Of a stretch of 64,000 nt of DNA, positions 13,998 through 25,609 are shown piece by piece. Under the pieces are notes generated by a model. It saw nothing but the letters and a program-made list of their open reading frames with translations. It had not been told where the DNA came from and searched no databases. The DNA lies in the NCBI RefSeq assembly GCF_006345805.1, contig NC_043004.1, positions 9,858,001 to 9,922,000 of the forward strand, given 5' to 3'. The stretch's first letter is position 1; every line of letters begins with the position of its first letter. Both the position numbers and the translations under genes were made by a program. Source of the DNA: Octopus sinensis. Taxonomy: Eukaryota.

Positions 13998-14556
13998 TGC
14001 CCTGATGCAGTACTAGGCAGTGGCTCTCATGTCTTCTGATCTTAACTGATTGGAAATGTTATCATGTACATTGTTTTGTCTTGGTATAAAAGATGGGCTA
14101 CAGCAAATATTCTGCTCAATACCACAGATTTGCTTGTCAGTTGTTTGACCTTAACCAGTTGAGCATGTCCCTTAGTGGCTGACGATATGTGCATCTCTGA
14201 TCACGAGCAGAAGTAGTTGGGGAGCATCACAGCCATGTGTTGAGAGGGATTCTTTGGAGTTTGGATAATTCACCTTTGGAAACATGGGTGTTTCGTTCAA
14301 CATCCTTAAACAACCCTTATTCAGGGACCTTTCGAGCGGGATGGTCTACTCGATCAGAAGAAAATTCTAACTGGATCCCACCTGCAAGGTCATGTGCCCT
14401 TTTATCATGATATAAGATCACCATGTGGCGCACATATGGTTGCGATGCATGTGCCTAGTGTACCCTTATCAGACGGGTAGTCATGATGGGTATACTGGGC
14501 TTCGCATATTTTACCCCAATGTCACTTTGATGGCGTGCACTGCTCTCTCACTCAAT
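13994..14556 (+). mobile_element. (TAA)n-flanked non-coding interspersed repeat (retroelement 3' region or non-autonomous element)
   Basis: High-identity inverted copy at 41182-41640; both end ...ctctctcactcaat(aat)n and both are bounded by TAA arrays. Confidence 0.8.
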
Positions 14557-14620
<64 letters not shown>

Positions 14621-14833
14621 TCAGTGATGATGAGGATGATAATTGATAACTGGGCAGAATGTTTAGCAGAAAAGTTAGAGCACCGGGCTAGAAAATTTAG
14701 TGAGTCAAGGAAGATTTCGACTTAAATCTCACACGATGGATAAAACGTGAACAAGGCATCAACTGGAAATCATCCAAACAACTAGGTATTTCTTTACAAA
14801 TTTCTTTTTCTCAATTCATAACATTATCATTGC

Positions 14834-14876
<43 letters not shown>

Positions 14877-14902
14877 GAGATTGTTGTAGTTGTTATCATC
14901 AC

Positions 14903-14971
<69 letters not shown>

Positions 14972-15016
14972 TATTATTATTATTGTGATTGTTATTGTTG
15001 CTATCGTTATTATTGT

Positions 15017-15066
<50 letters not shown>

Positions 15067-15515
15067 TTACGCTTTTGTTTACTCAACATCACCACCTCAA
15101 AAAAAAAAAGGAGGAAAACGATAAATTGCTCCTAAGATACTTCCCAACGTTTGTTCAAGCATGTTAAGGGGGTCTTTAAATAAAGATCATGGACCCCAAG
15201 GTCGGTTTGTTGTTTGCAATAGGGCCAAAACACATCAGGGTTCTGTTGTTATAAGCTTGTCGTAAAGGCGCTGAAAAATACATCACGAAATTTTGTACAA
15301 GCTGATAAGTATCTCATATGGGAGTGCGCGTACGCGTGTGCGTGAGTGAGGGTATGAGGTGTATGACTGTATGCATGCGTCCATGCGAGTGCGAATACAT
15401 GAATATGATGGTATGAATACATACATACATACATACATACATACATACATACATACATACATACATACATACATACAATCATGCATACATACATACATAT
15501 ACTCATTTACATATA

Positions 15516-17175
15516 CAGTGGGGAGTGGGGGGAAATAAATATTCGTGCACGTCAAAATTCTTTATTTATTTAATTTCTAATGAACATAAATGGGATATAC
15601 CAATACTATATTTGCATACACATGCATAAACTAAGAATATGCAAAAGAAACTAATAAATTATAGTAACTAAGGAATTTATATTCAATTATAAATATTTAG
15701 GGGTGAAAATTTTTCATACAGAACATAAATATCTGATAATTCTGATTTAATACTTCGTAGCATAACCATTATTCAGTTCCACTTCAACCAATCTCTTCTT
15801 GTAGTTCTTAATCAATGACTCCTATGTTTCTTTAGGAATGTTTTCCCATTCTTCTTGACAAATTTTCTTCAAATCAGCAATGCACGTTGGGGCTCTTGAA
15901 TGAATTTTAATTTTCAAATAATGCCACAAATTTTCAATGGGGTTCAAGTCAGGTGACTGGCTTGGCCATTCAAATAATAATTCTATATTGTGATCGACAA
16001 TCCATTTTTTTGTAGACTTCGCCGTGTGCTTAGGATTGTTATCCTAAGCACACGGCGAAGACCCACCCTTCACAAAGACCCACTCTTCACAAGACCCACC
16101 CTTCACAAAGCTGGAGCTTTTCTACAGAGTCCCATAAATCATTGTTCAAAATATTTTGGTACATCTCTACATTCATTCTACCATCTATCACATGTAAATT
16201 GCCAGTACCATTTGCAGAGAAACAGCCCCACACCATGATGTTGCCACCTCCAAACTTTACGGTAGGAATTGTTTTACGGCGAATAGGCAGTACCATATTT
16301 CCTCCGAACATGGCTACACGAATTTCGTCCAAACAATTCAATTTTCGACTCGTCTGTTCATAGAGCATTTTCCTAGAATGTATCAGATTTATCTTTATGT
16401 TCATAAACAAATTTTCAACGGGCATTTCTATGCCTTTCAGTCAACAGTAGAGTTTTTCTAGGAGAGCGTGATTTCAGTTCATTCCTATGAAGTTCATTGC
16501 TGATTGTTCGTAGTGTAATACTAATCCCTGAAGCTAACAAATCTTATTGCAACTCCTTTCTGGTGATCATTGTGTATTTTTCCGATTCTTTGCTTCGTTT
16601 TTCTTAAAGATCTGGGGGAAATCTTGCGTGGTGCACCGGATCTTATTCTGTTTACAACAGTTCCCGATTTTTAAATATCTTTGAATAAATGAAGATATGG
16701 TAGAAAATGGAATACAAAGGGTCTCTAATATTTTCCTGTATCTTTTACCTGCTTTCCACTGTTCAATAATTAAGTTTTTCACTGAATTTGTGAGTTCTTT
16801 ACTTTTCGCCATTATAACGATACTACTTTATGTTGTCTCAATGCTGAATGAAGAAGCTAGTGTTTTGACACTTAAAAATGACAACTGACAAGATTATTGG
16901 AACAAACGAGAAAGTTCTAGTAAAAAAAAAATATTTTAACAGTATTTTGTGGCATGGAAAATCATAAATTTTTTCTGTATGAATACTTTTTTCACCCCTA
17001 AATATTTATAATTGTATATAAATTCATTAGTTACTATAATTTATTAGTTTCTTTTGAATATTCTTAGTTTATGCATGTGTATGCAAATATAGTATTGGTA
17101 TATCCCATTTATGTTCATTAGAAATTAAATAAAGAAAGAATTTTGACGTGCACGAATATTTATTTCCCCCCACTG
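15516..17175 (-). mobile_element. Tc1-like DNA transposon with ~200-bp TIRs, defective
   Basis: TIRs begin cagtgggg..gaaataaatattcgtgcacgtc at both ends, TA flanks; transposase remnants MAKSKELT.., [24 protein letters not shown]. Confidence 0.95.
15747..16812 (-). pseudogene. Tc1 (DD34E-type) transposase, disrupted
   Basis: Track ORFs 16567..16812 and 16087..16425; frameshifts and a triplicated ~17-bp segment near 16058-16110. Confidence 0.9.
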
Positions 17176-17203
17176 TATGTATGTGTGTATGTATATACGC
17201 GCA

Positions 17204-17242
<39 letters not shown>

Positions 17243-17477
17243 GTACCTTGAACGGTGGGTGGTGTGGGTTAAATTTCAGATGTGCTACCAGAATTAGAGA
17301 TTTGGTTGGTTGCGTGCGCTGTGGTCGATGGCCCGGATTTGCTTCTAGAAAGAAAAAGATATTGGAAGGAGAACTGGTCCGGGATCGGGCTGGAGATTTC
17401 GATCCTGGGAAAACCGGAAATCTCTGAACAAAGTACCCAAGAATAATAATGATGACGATGATAATGATTTCAATTTT

Positions 17478-18048
17478 TGGCACAAGGCCAACAAGTTTAA
17501 GGGAGGGTATAAGTCGATTACATCAACCCCAGTGCGTAACTAGTACTTATTTTATCAACTCCGAAAGGATGAAAGGCAAAGTCGGCCTTAGCGGAATTTG
17601 AACTGAGAATGTACAGAGAGACGGAATACCTATTTCTTTATTACCCATAAGGGGCTAAACACAGAGAGGACAAACAAGGGCAGATAAACGGATTAAGTCG
17701 ATTACATCGACCCCAGTGTGTAACTGGTACTTAATTTATCGACCCCGAAAGGATGAAAGGCAAAGTCGACCTCGGTGGAATTTGAACTCAGAACGTAGCG
17801 ACAGACGGAATACCCTATTTCTTTACTACCCACAAGGGGCTAAACACAGAGAAGACAAACTAGGACAGACACACGGATTTAGTCGATTATATCGACCCCA
17901 GTGCGTAATTGGTACTTATTTAATCGACCCCGAAAAGATGAAATGCAAAGTCGACCTTGGCGGAATTTGAACTCAGAACGTAACGGCAGACGAAACATGG
18001 CTATGCATTTCGCCCGGCGTGCTAACGTTTCTGCCAGCTCGCCGCCTT
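17478..18048 (-). mobile_element. Trimeric tRNA-derived SINE (head-core-tailA-core-tailA-core-tailB)
   Basis: One tRNA-like head (aaggcggcgagctggcagaaacgttagc.. and gagttcaaattcc B-box) and three cores gcctttcatcctttcggggtcgataaa; same layout at 45277-45834. Confidence 0.9.
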
Positions 18049-18801
18049 ACTGTGATTAATGATACTGATAAATGGTTGAAGGTGATTGGAATAGAATGTT
18101 CTGTAGAGAGTCTGCATAAAATTCGCCTCTTAGGATCAGGGAAGATTATCAGAAGGGCTTTGAGTACTTGAAAGATTATTGAAAGCTTGAGGTTGTCTAA
18201 GGTTACGGGCTGTAACCCACTACCCACATAAATTCTATGAAGGTGGGTCAAAGAACGAAGGTGAATCAAACTGAATGATGATGATGATGATGATGATGAC
18301 GACGATGATGTTGAAAATGATTTCTTTATTACTACTTTCTTCACACATACAATAAAGCATGCATACACTTTACAAAGATGTGGATAACGTTTACAAAGTT
18401 ACATAAATATGGAGTCCTAAATTCTTTAGATGTGTATGGACATGTTTCAAATTTGATATAAATTAAGTGCACACAATAATACAAAAAAAAAGAAAAATAA
18501 ATAGCTTAAAGCCCTTGGAGAAAGAAGAGCAATCCAAATACACAGGTGAGGGTATATATAAGCGAAGTCATTTTAAACGAGGAAAGACTTTGTCCGTCTG
18601 CCACTCCACTTATTTGAATCAGTACTTCCAGATCCACCATTCAGCGTTAGATTTTGCGTTGATTTAAAAACATACAACGCCTCCTGAGAAAACTTGTTTG
18701 ACAGCCTGGGAGACAATTGATGCGAACTTAACAGCCTATCACTTCTGTCACTGTCAATGCTATTCTTGTTAAAGTATTATATATATATATATATATATAT
18801 A

Positions 18802-18980
18802 TTTGTATTTAGGAATGGTCATTTTGCCAGTTTAGCCAATAAAAACACACGCACTATATATTTGGTGTTACTTTGCTTCAGCGTTATTTATTTTTTACAT
18901 TAATCTTAATCTTATTTCAGCCAGAGTTCTTTCGTCACACTCCTGTGACCTCATCAGTGGTCCTTTGCTTTCTTCTTTCT
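18802..18980 (-). mobile_element. PLE-type terminal fragment abutting (TA)n, carrying an HHR motif
   Basis: Starts at the edge of a (TA)n tract, contains the HHR motif at 18921-18960 and lies next to a PLE RT relic. Confidence 0.6.
18921..18960 (-). ncRNA. Minimal type I hammerhead ribozyme motif
   Basis: Minus: CCA CTGATGA G GTCAC-AGGAGT-GTGAC GAA AG-AA-CT C TGG. Canonical core, 5-bp stem II, 3-bp stem I, predicted cleavage after CUC (18924). Confidence 0.65.
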
Positions 18981-19149
18981 TATTTGTATGTCTCTCCTTA
19001 CTAACGGTCAGCCATTTTGTATTTTGTATTTCTATTGTATGTGTTTTCATTTGCGCATGCGTATATCTCTATGTGTGTCTATTTTTAGTCAGTGTGTGTG
19101 TGGCGGGAGTGCCTGTAATATTTGTATCTCCTGTTTATATACATGATCT

Positions 19150-19605
19150 TAGTAGTTTCTGCCCCAGTAGACGTTCAAGAGGTAGACCACCCACAATTAC
19201 TTCTATGACTACGAAGACCCATATAGAGAGATGGAGTGGATGAACCAGAGCCATACGGACCCCCGCAAATGTCCATCAGGTAAAGAAAATGATCGCACAT
19301 GCACTAGGAGCTAGTATAAGAGTTACCCTAAAAGGCCACACGTTTAAGTTTAACAATAATATATATGCCCAGGACGAGGGGGTAGCCATCAGCGTTAGTA
19401 TCGCCGGTGATGTGGCCAAACTTTTCATGGTATGGTGGAACAGAAGGCTTAAGGAACGCCCAACATAGAACTCCATACTCGTGAACATGTACTCTCGCTA
19501 TGTTGATGATATCAACATAGTCGTAAAGGCACCCCCACAAGAGAGTACTGTTGAAATAGAAATAGAAACAAATACTATGGAGAGCATCCAGCAAATAACT
19601 AACTT
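19150..19605 (+). pseudogene. Penelope-like (Neptune-type) reverse transcriptase fragment
   Basis: One frame with two stops: RRSRGRPPTIT..HTFKFNNNIYAQDEGVAISVSIAGDVAKLFMVWW..MYSRYVDDINIV (YVDD near 19499-19510); not in the ORF track. Confidence 0.85.
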
Positions 19606-19839
19606 CTTACCGTTTTTACTTCTTACATTTCAGTTTTACTTCTACGTTTTCCGTTTTTAACCTTCCGCGTTTTCTATATACCGCCTTCTCACCCTTTTTC
19701 GCGTTTCTTCTCTTATTCAATCTTTTTAGTTCGTTATGACATGTGGTTTGTGCCTGAAGAATATGTTTGCGATATTTCTCAACATTTGAAACTATTAGCA
19801 ACACTTAAAGAAGACATTATTGTGTCCTTTGAATAAATG

Positions 19840-19892
<53 letters not shown>

Positions 19893-20089
19893 TACACACA
19901 TTCGTATTTGTATGTAAGCATGCACATATGTATACATACATACATATATACATACATACATACATACATACATACATACATACATACATACATACATACA
20001 TACATACATACATACATGTATATGTTTTTCACTAGCAAGGTTGTGAAGGAATTCATCTTGTTTTGTTCGTCATTTAGCTCTTAAGAACG

Positions 20090-20290
20090 GTTGTAGATTT
20101 TTATAGTCTCAGATATTGCGATCATTTTGTAGCGTATGAACTAAGGATTTGCGTTCTCTCCCCATGAACCCGAGTTCCGCCATACTTTGCTCCAGACGGC
20201 TTGGTATGTATCCTGTAGCTCTAATGATAATGCGTATGAAGCGGATATGCAAACTCCTTATCAATGGTCCACAGATGTCATCTTTTTCTT
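20090..20290 (-). mobile_element. Degenerate family B R4-like 3' fragment
   Basis: Minus reads EKDDICGPLIRSL..IIIRATGYIPSRLEQSMAELGF..IAISETIKI. Confidence 0.65.
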
Positions 20291-20464
20291 GTATGTATAC
20301 TTATGTGTATGAATATGTATGCATGTAAGAATGTATGTGTGTATATGTATGTATATATGTATATACATATATGTATACAAACACAATTGCAGCGTGGAAG
20401 GTGTTTATAAGTCATTTAAGAAACACACAAAAACCGTTAGATTCACTTCAACATTTAAATTTAA

Positions 20465-20515
20465 TTTGTCAAAATATTTTCGTCTTTTTGAGACCGCGAC
20501 CTGTTCACTGACAAA
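20465..20515 (-). ncRNA. Hammerhead ribozyme motif with G3:C8 core swap
   Basis: Minus: TTTGTCA GTGAACA G GTC-(13 nt)-GAC GAA AATATT T TGACAAA. 7-bp stem I, palindromic stem III, short 3-bp stem II. Confidence 0.55.
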
Positions 20516-21198
20516 ATTTCGTGCTGCACGGAGTTTTGTCAGTGAACAGCAGGACAGCTGACCTCTATGATGTTACATACTTTTGGTTTCTGTCTGTCTG
20601 TATGTATGTATGTTATGTATAAGAGTTCTGAACTCTTCTTTTTATCTATTTGCTAAAGACTTTTATAAAACTGGAAGAAAATATGAAATCTCCGAGACAG
20701 GTAACGGAACGTGAAGATGAAAACATACATCAGGACACATCTTCAAATCCGAGTCATGGTGAAAACGTCTGCAAAATCGTACAAGCTCCAATTTAATTTA
20801 TGAATGAGTGTAGCGCAGTGTTTCGTCTCTCCAATTTTACTCACAAGCCAGGGTAGTCTCCCAGCATAGCCGCAGTCCAATGACTGAAACACGTAACAGA
20901 TAAAAGATAACAGAGCGTGAAGATTGGTAGAATTATCAGAGCCTTGCAGTGTTTAGTCATTGCACATTACATCCTAAGTCCATACCACGGCTGTCAAGGT
21001 AGACTCTACCTTACACACTTCAAGCAATGAGAAGAGAAAGTACCCGTTACTGATCTCGGTGGAATCGAGTGTTCCTCTCCTCCGCATTTTAGAACTTCTG
21101 CCTATTTGGGAAAAATATTTTTTACATTCAGCTCTGTAATAGCGAAGCAACAATAGCAGAAAGATTTTGTAAATGTTATTGCTGCAGATGAATGTAAC

Positions 21199-21320
<122 letters not shown>

Positions 21321-21957
21321 TGTGTGTGTGACTGTATCTCTAAGTCTGTGTGTGAGTATGTGTAAGAAAGTCGTATTTGTGTGTGAGTATAAGTGGAACG
21401 TAAAATGTGTGTGTGCGAGTGTAAGCAGAAAATGTAGAATGTGTGTGTGTGTGTGTGTGTGGAAGCTGCCGAGGGAGGAATTTAAACATGTTTCTGCTTG
21501 TGTAGCAATACAAACATATGACAGTTATCAACAATGTTGACATCATCCAAGGGAATCCGACCAAATTACCAAAGCAAAGAACACACTGTCTCTGTATGTG
21601 TAACGATGTTTATCTCAGTCTGTTTGTGCCTATGCAGGGGTCGGGTAGAAAGGGTTAGGGTGGATGTCCCATGTAGCAGCTGTTTGCGGTAAAACACCCT
21701 CTACCTCGCCACGATTTTGCAGCAAAAAGTACAATTACTAAAATAGCTGTCATCATAAAATCAACTCATAGAAAAGCTGTGCGCCAGCACACACTCACAG
21801 GCAAATATACATTTTTATGTGTGTTTAACACACACACACACACATATATGCATATACGTATATGTGCTTACACAATATATATATGTATGAATATATGTAT
21901 ATATGCATGTATATATGTATGTGTGTATGTATTAATCTATGTATGTATATGTCGTTA

Positions 21958-22940
21958 TTCAGTTTATTGCTAGATTTCTTACCAATAGAGAAAGAACCGG
22001 TTTCTAACCTAGATCCAGGGCTCCTTCATTGGAACATCAACGTCAGCAACAGGTTATTTTTGTATGTATGTATGTATGTATGTATGTATGTATGTATGTA
22101 TGTATGTATGTATGTATGTATGTATGCATGTATGTGTGTGCAGATTTGAATGTTTTATGTATGTATTCTCATGCATATAGTTACATATCTAGACATGCTC
22201 ATATATATTTAAAGGATAAACTGGAAAGTTTTACAGACTTTTACAGTTCCAGTGATGGACTGGATCTGTAGTCTTCGAATTAGCTTTCTCCTTTCAGGTT
22301 TTGAGAAGCCTAATTTATCAAGATTGATATTTAGGCAGTGTATTACAAATCCCAGGGCTCCAATAATTACAGGTATTAACATGAACTTGTAATTTGGATA
22401 GAGTAACTGCAGATTTCTCAATAGTTCAGCATAGGTGTTCTCTTTATCACTGATCTTCAGCTTTATGATAACATCCGCTGGGCAGCTAATTTCCACAACT
22501 GTACACATTTCTTTTCTCTAACCCAAATCATAATATCAGGTCTGTTGTGCTTACATTTTATTGGGGCCTTCACTGGTGCATTCCACCAGTATTCCTTTTT
22601 ATTATGAGTAGGTATGGCTTCTACCATACTGTGGGTTCTTATTTGTTTGTCCTCGGGGTTATCCTTCCGACAGATTTCTTTATAGAATGTCCTAGCTACA
22701 GCGTCATGTCTCATCGGTAGATAATATTGTGATGTCATTTTCGGACAACTGCTTATGATGTGGATGATATCTTCAGTGTGAACTCCACAAAGTTTGCATC
22801 GGTTGACACATTTTACAGCTTTTCCTGCATTTCTATCCCTTTTGTGCATCAAGTACTTGGTTGATATTTTCTGTTCCTAGATTGCAAACGCACACCCTTC
22901 AACGTGGGAGGAAATAATCACCAGCATCCAAACAGTCATA
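21958..22940 (-). mobile_element. Family B R4-like element: CCHC, RLE and 3'UTR, apparently continuing through (CATA)n to a ~110-bp terminal segment
   Basis: CKLCGVHTEDIIHIISSCPK..RHD, EYWWN, HNRPDIMIW, VEISCP; terminal segment ends aataaactgaataa on the minus strand and recurs at 25150-25278. Confidence 0.85.
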
Positions 22941-23314
22941 AACAATCGTTTTATTCCGACCCCGCTCCGGTCACTCTTCGAGATCAATAAAATGGAATGT
23001 GTCTAGTACCAGGCATTTCTAGATGGCATTTCCTAAATTTGAATGGAATTGCAATAGCAGGCTAAATGAACGCAGAGGCACGTGTATGCGCGCGCGCACC
23101 CCCCTCTCTCACTCACACACACACTCACACTCAAAAAGTGGTCTTAACCTCATTATAGGGTCCCGGAAACTGGAGAACCTACTTACACAATGTAAAAGTG
23201 TACCAAAGCATAGAAAGATAAAAAAAAAGTGGCTGCGTAAAGAGGTCAGACCTTTAGACAACACTACATGCAGTTATATGCACGCACTCGTGCGCATACA
23301 TGTATTAATATAGA

Positions 23315-23541
23315 CGAAGTGGTGTTGATAGGTGCCTGGCTTTGAGTAAAGAAAATACAGGAAGATCAGTTAATTATGATTTTATTCAGCATATTCCCCT
23401 CTCAGATTGGCACTCTTACTGCAGCGGTCCTGCAGTTTTTCTAAGACCTGTAAGAGAACAAAATAACTCAAGAGGCTGGGCCTCCAACTAGGCCTTTCAT
23501 GAAATCACTGAAGTCAGGAGCTTTCAGGGCGCCCCTCTTCG
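23315..23541 (-). mobile_element. Mariner-derived MITE
   Basis: Inverted homolog of 30527-30730; degenerate mariner-type ends and transposase C-terminal remnant. Confidence 0.65.
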
Positions 23542-23606
23542 TATGTACACACACACACACACACTCACACACACACACGTGTATGTACGAATGTATGCAC
23601 GGATAT

Positions 23607-23672
<66 letters not shown>

Positions 23673-23758
23673 GAATGTATGCACGGATATATATATATAT
23701 AATATATATATATATATAACAAGCATGGGTGTGTGGATGCGCAGATGTTGCTGTGTGC

Positions 23759-23917
23759 AGGCGCAGACATGGCTGTCTGGTAAGAAGCTTGCTGTTCAAC
23801 CACATGGCTCTGGGTTCCGTCCCACTACGTGGCACCTTGAGCAAGTATCTTCTTTTATAGCCTTGGACCGACCATAGCCTTATGAGTGGATTGAGGCGGG
23901 AATTGAAAGAAGCCCGG
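23759..23917 (+). mobile_element. tRNA-derived SINE with CORE-like segment
   Basis: A-box tggctgtctgg, B-box ggttccgtccc, then ggcaccttgagcaagtatctt; degenerate minus copies at 29885-30030 and 31020-31150. Confidence 0.85.
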
Positions 23918-23971
23918 TGTGTATATATATTTATATTGTCTATCTGGATGTTTTGCGTTCTTGTCCCATTT

Positions 23972-24017
<46 letters not shown>

Positions 24018-24196
24018 ATATGATATGGAAACCAAAAATAATAAATTGAACAATTAAATAATTTAATCATTAAATGATAGATTCAATTCCTTTCAAGGAG
24101 ATATGATAAACCTATTATAATGAGTAATACTACATGTACTATTTATATTTTTCATACTCTTTATATTGTGATGTAATCTTTGGACCAACAATGTTT

Positions 24197-24287
24197 GCGG
24201 CTGAAGAGAGCTTTAAACCATCTTTTATATCAATAATACACTGATGTAATAACGGATTGTTTATAAAGCTTGAAACACATGTACCGC
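24197..24287 (+). ncRNA. Type I hammerhead ribozyme motif with extended stem II
   Basis: GCGG CTGAAGA GAGCTTTA..(long imperfect hairpin)..TAAAGCTT GAA ACA-CA-TGT A CCGC. Canonical core, GUA triplet, predicted cleavage after 24283; inside a (TA)n-flanked ~385-bp insert (24022-24405). Confidence 0.75.
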
Positions 24288-24439
24288 GATATCCTCTGTG
24301 TTCTGTTTTTAATTTATATTTGATATATACTCTCTCACCTCTGCCACTATCTGGCACATACAGGTGCTTACACTTATCAAGTATTTACTCTATATTTTCA
24401 GTACCTATATATATATATATCCGTGTTAGTTTCTTTTGC

Positions 24440-25140
24440 TCTTTTTTCCGTGAAAACGAGTATTTCTAGTTTTTGTGAAAATTTGTTGGTACGTAACCTA
24501 ACTTACTTGTAACGATGGGTACAAAGGAGAATTCATAGAACTCAGAATACAAGAGTTGTAAGTTCCGCATTAATTTGCCATAAATGTTCTCTTTTTTATT
24601 GGACTTTTGATTGTACATTAACGCCTGCTGGGCAGTTGACCTCTACAACAGTGCATACATTTTGTTCCCTACCCTATAGAACAATTTCAGCTCTGTTATG
24701 TTGGCATCGAATTAATGTTTTTATTAGTGTTCCGCCAGTTTTCGTTCTTTTTAAAGGTGTGAATACCTGCTGGTTCTAACATGTTTTTGATGTATACGTC
24801 AGGGTAGTCCTTTCTACAGATAACATTGTAAATGGGCTTTGCAACTATATCAAGCTTCAGGAGCAGTTAGCATTTTGCAGGCAGTTTGGGGCAACTGCTG
24901 ATGATGTGGGTGATCTCTTCCACACTGGTATAGCAGAGCCAGCAATTTTTATCACAGCGTGGGGGCTTAGTGGTATCCCCTGATCCTGGATAACAAAAGC
25001 ATATCCTTCCAGGTGAAATGTACTCTATCTATCGCATGCCCAAGAGAGCCTGCTCTTCCTGTCAAAGCTGTTGTTGCCCTCTGACCTTACCGAATATGTA
25101 TCTTTGCAGTGCTTTTTGCTGGTTTGATACGTGCTTTTCT
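24440..25140 (-). mobile_element. Degenerate family B R4-like CCHC/RLE fragment
   Basis: Minus reads CDKNCWLCYTSVEEITHIISSCPK; DNA similar to 1720-1930. Confidence 0.8.
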
Positions 25141-25339
25141 TCCAAGCTTCTCTTATATATGTAGGTCATCATTCAGTTTTATTTCAAGATTTCTTGCCAA
25201 TAGAGAAAGAGCCATTTTCTAACCTAGATTCAAAGCTGCTTCATTGGAAATTCAAAAACATCAACAAAGTATTTTTGTATGTATGTATGTATGTATGTAT
25301 GTATGTATGTATTATGTATGTATGTATGTATGCATGTAT

Positions 25340-25560
25340 GTATATTTTTGTAGACGACTTGAAGATTTATGCTAAAAGTGTTAACAATACCCCAAAACAA
25401 ATGGAATTAATAACGTTTTCAGCTGATATAGACAAGGAAATTACCCAAAAGAAATGTTCATATTTCGTTATAGAACGAGGAAAGCCAGTCCCGCAAACCC
25501 AAAATCTGTGCATCAATGATCTCTCTATCTCCCCCATTCCACACAGAAAATGTGTCTTCT
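25340..25560 (+). mobile_element. Family B RT fragment in the opposite orientation to its neighbours
   Basis: FVDDLKIYAKS..CSYFVIERGK..NLCINDLSISPI; roughly 80% identical by eye to the minus copy at 26960-27170. Confidence 0.9.
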
Positions 25561-25609
25561 ATTTTTTAATTATTATATTGTTCCTCCACTGTGGAGGAAC
25601 AAAGATACA

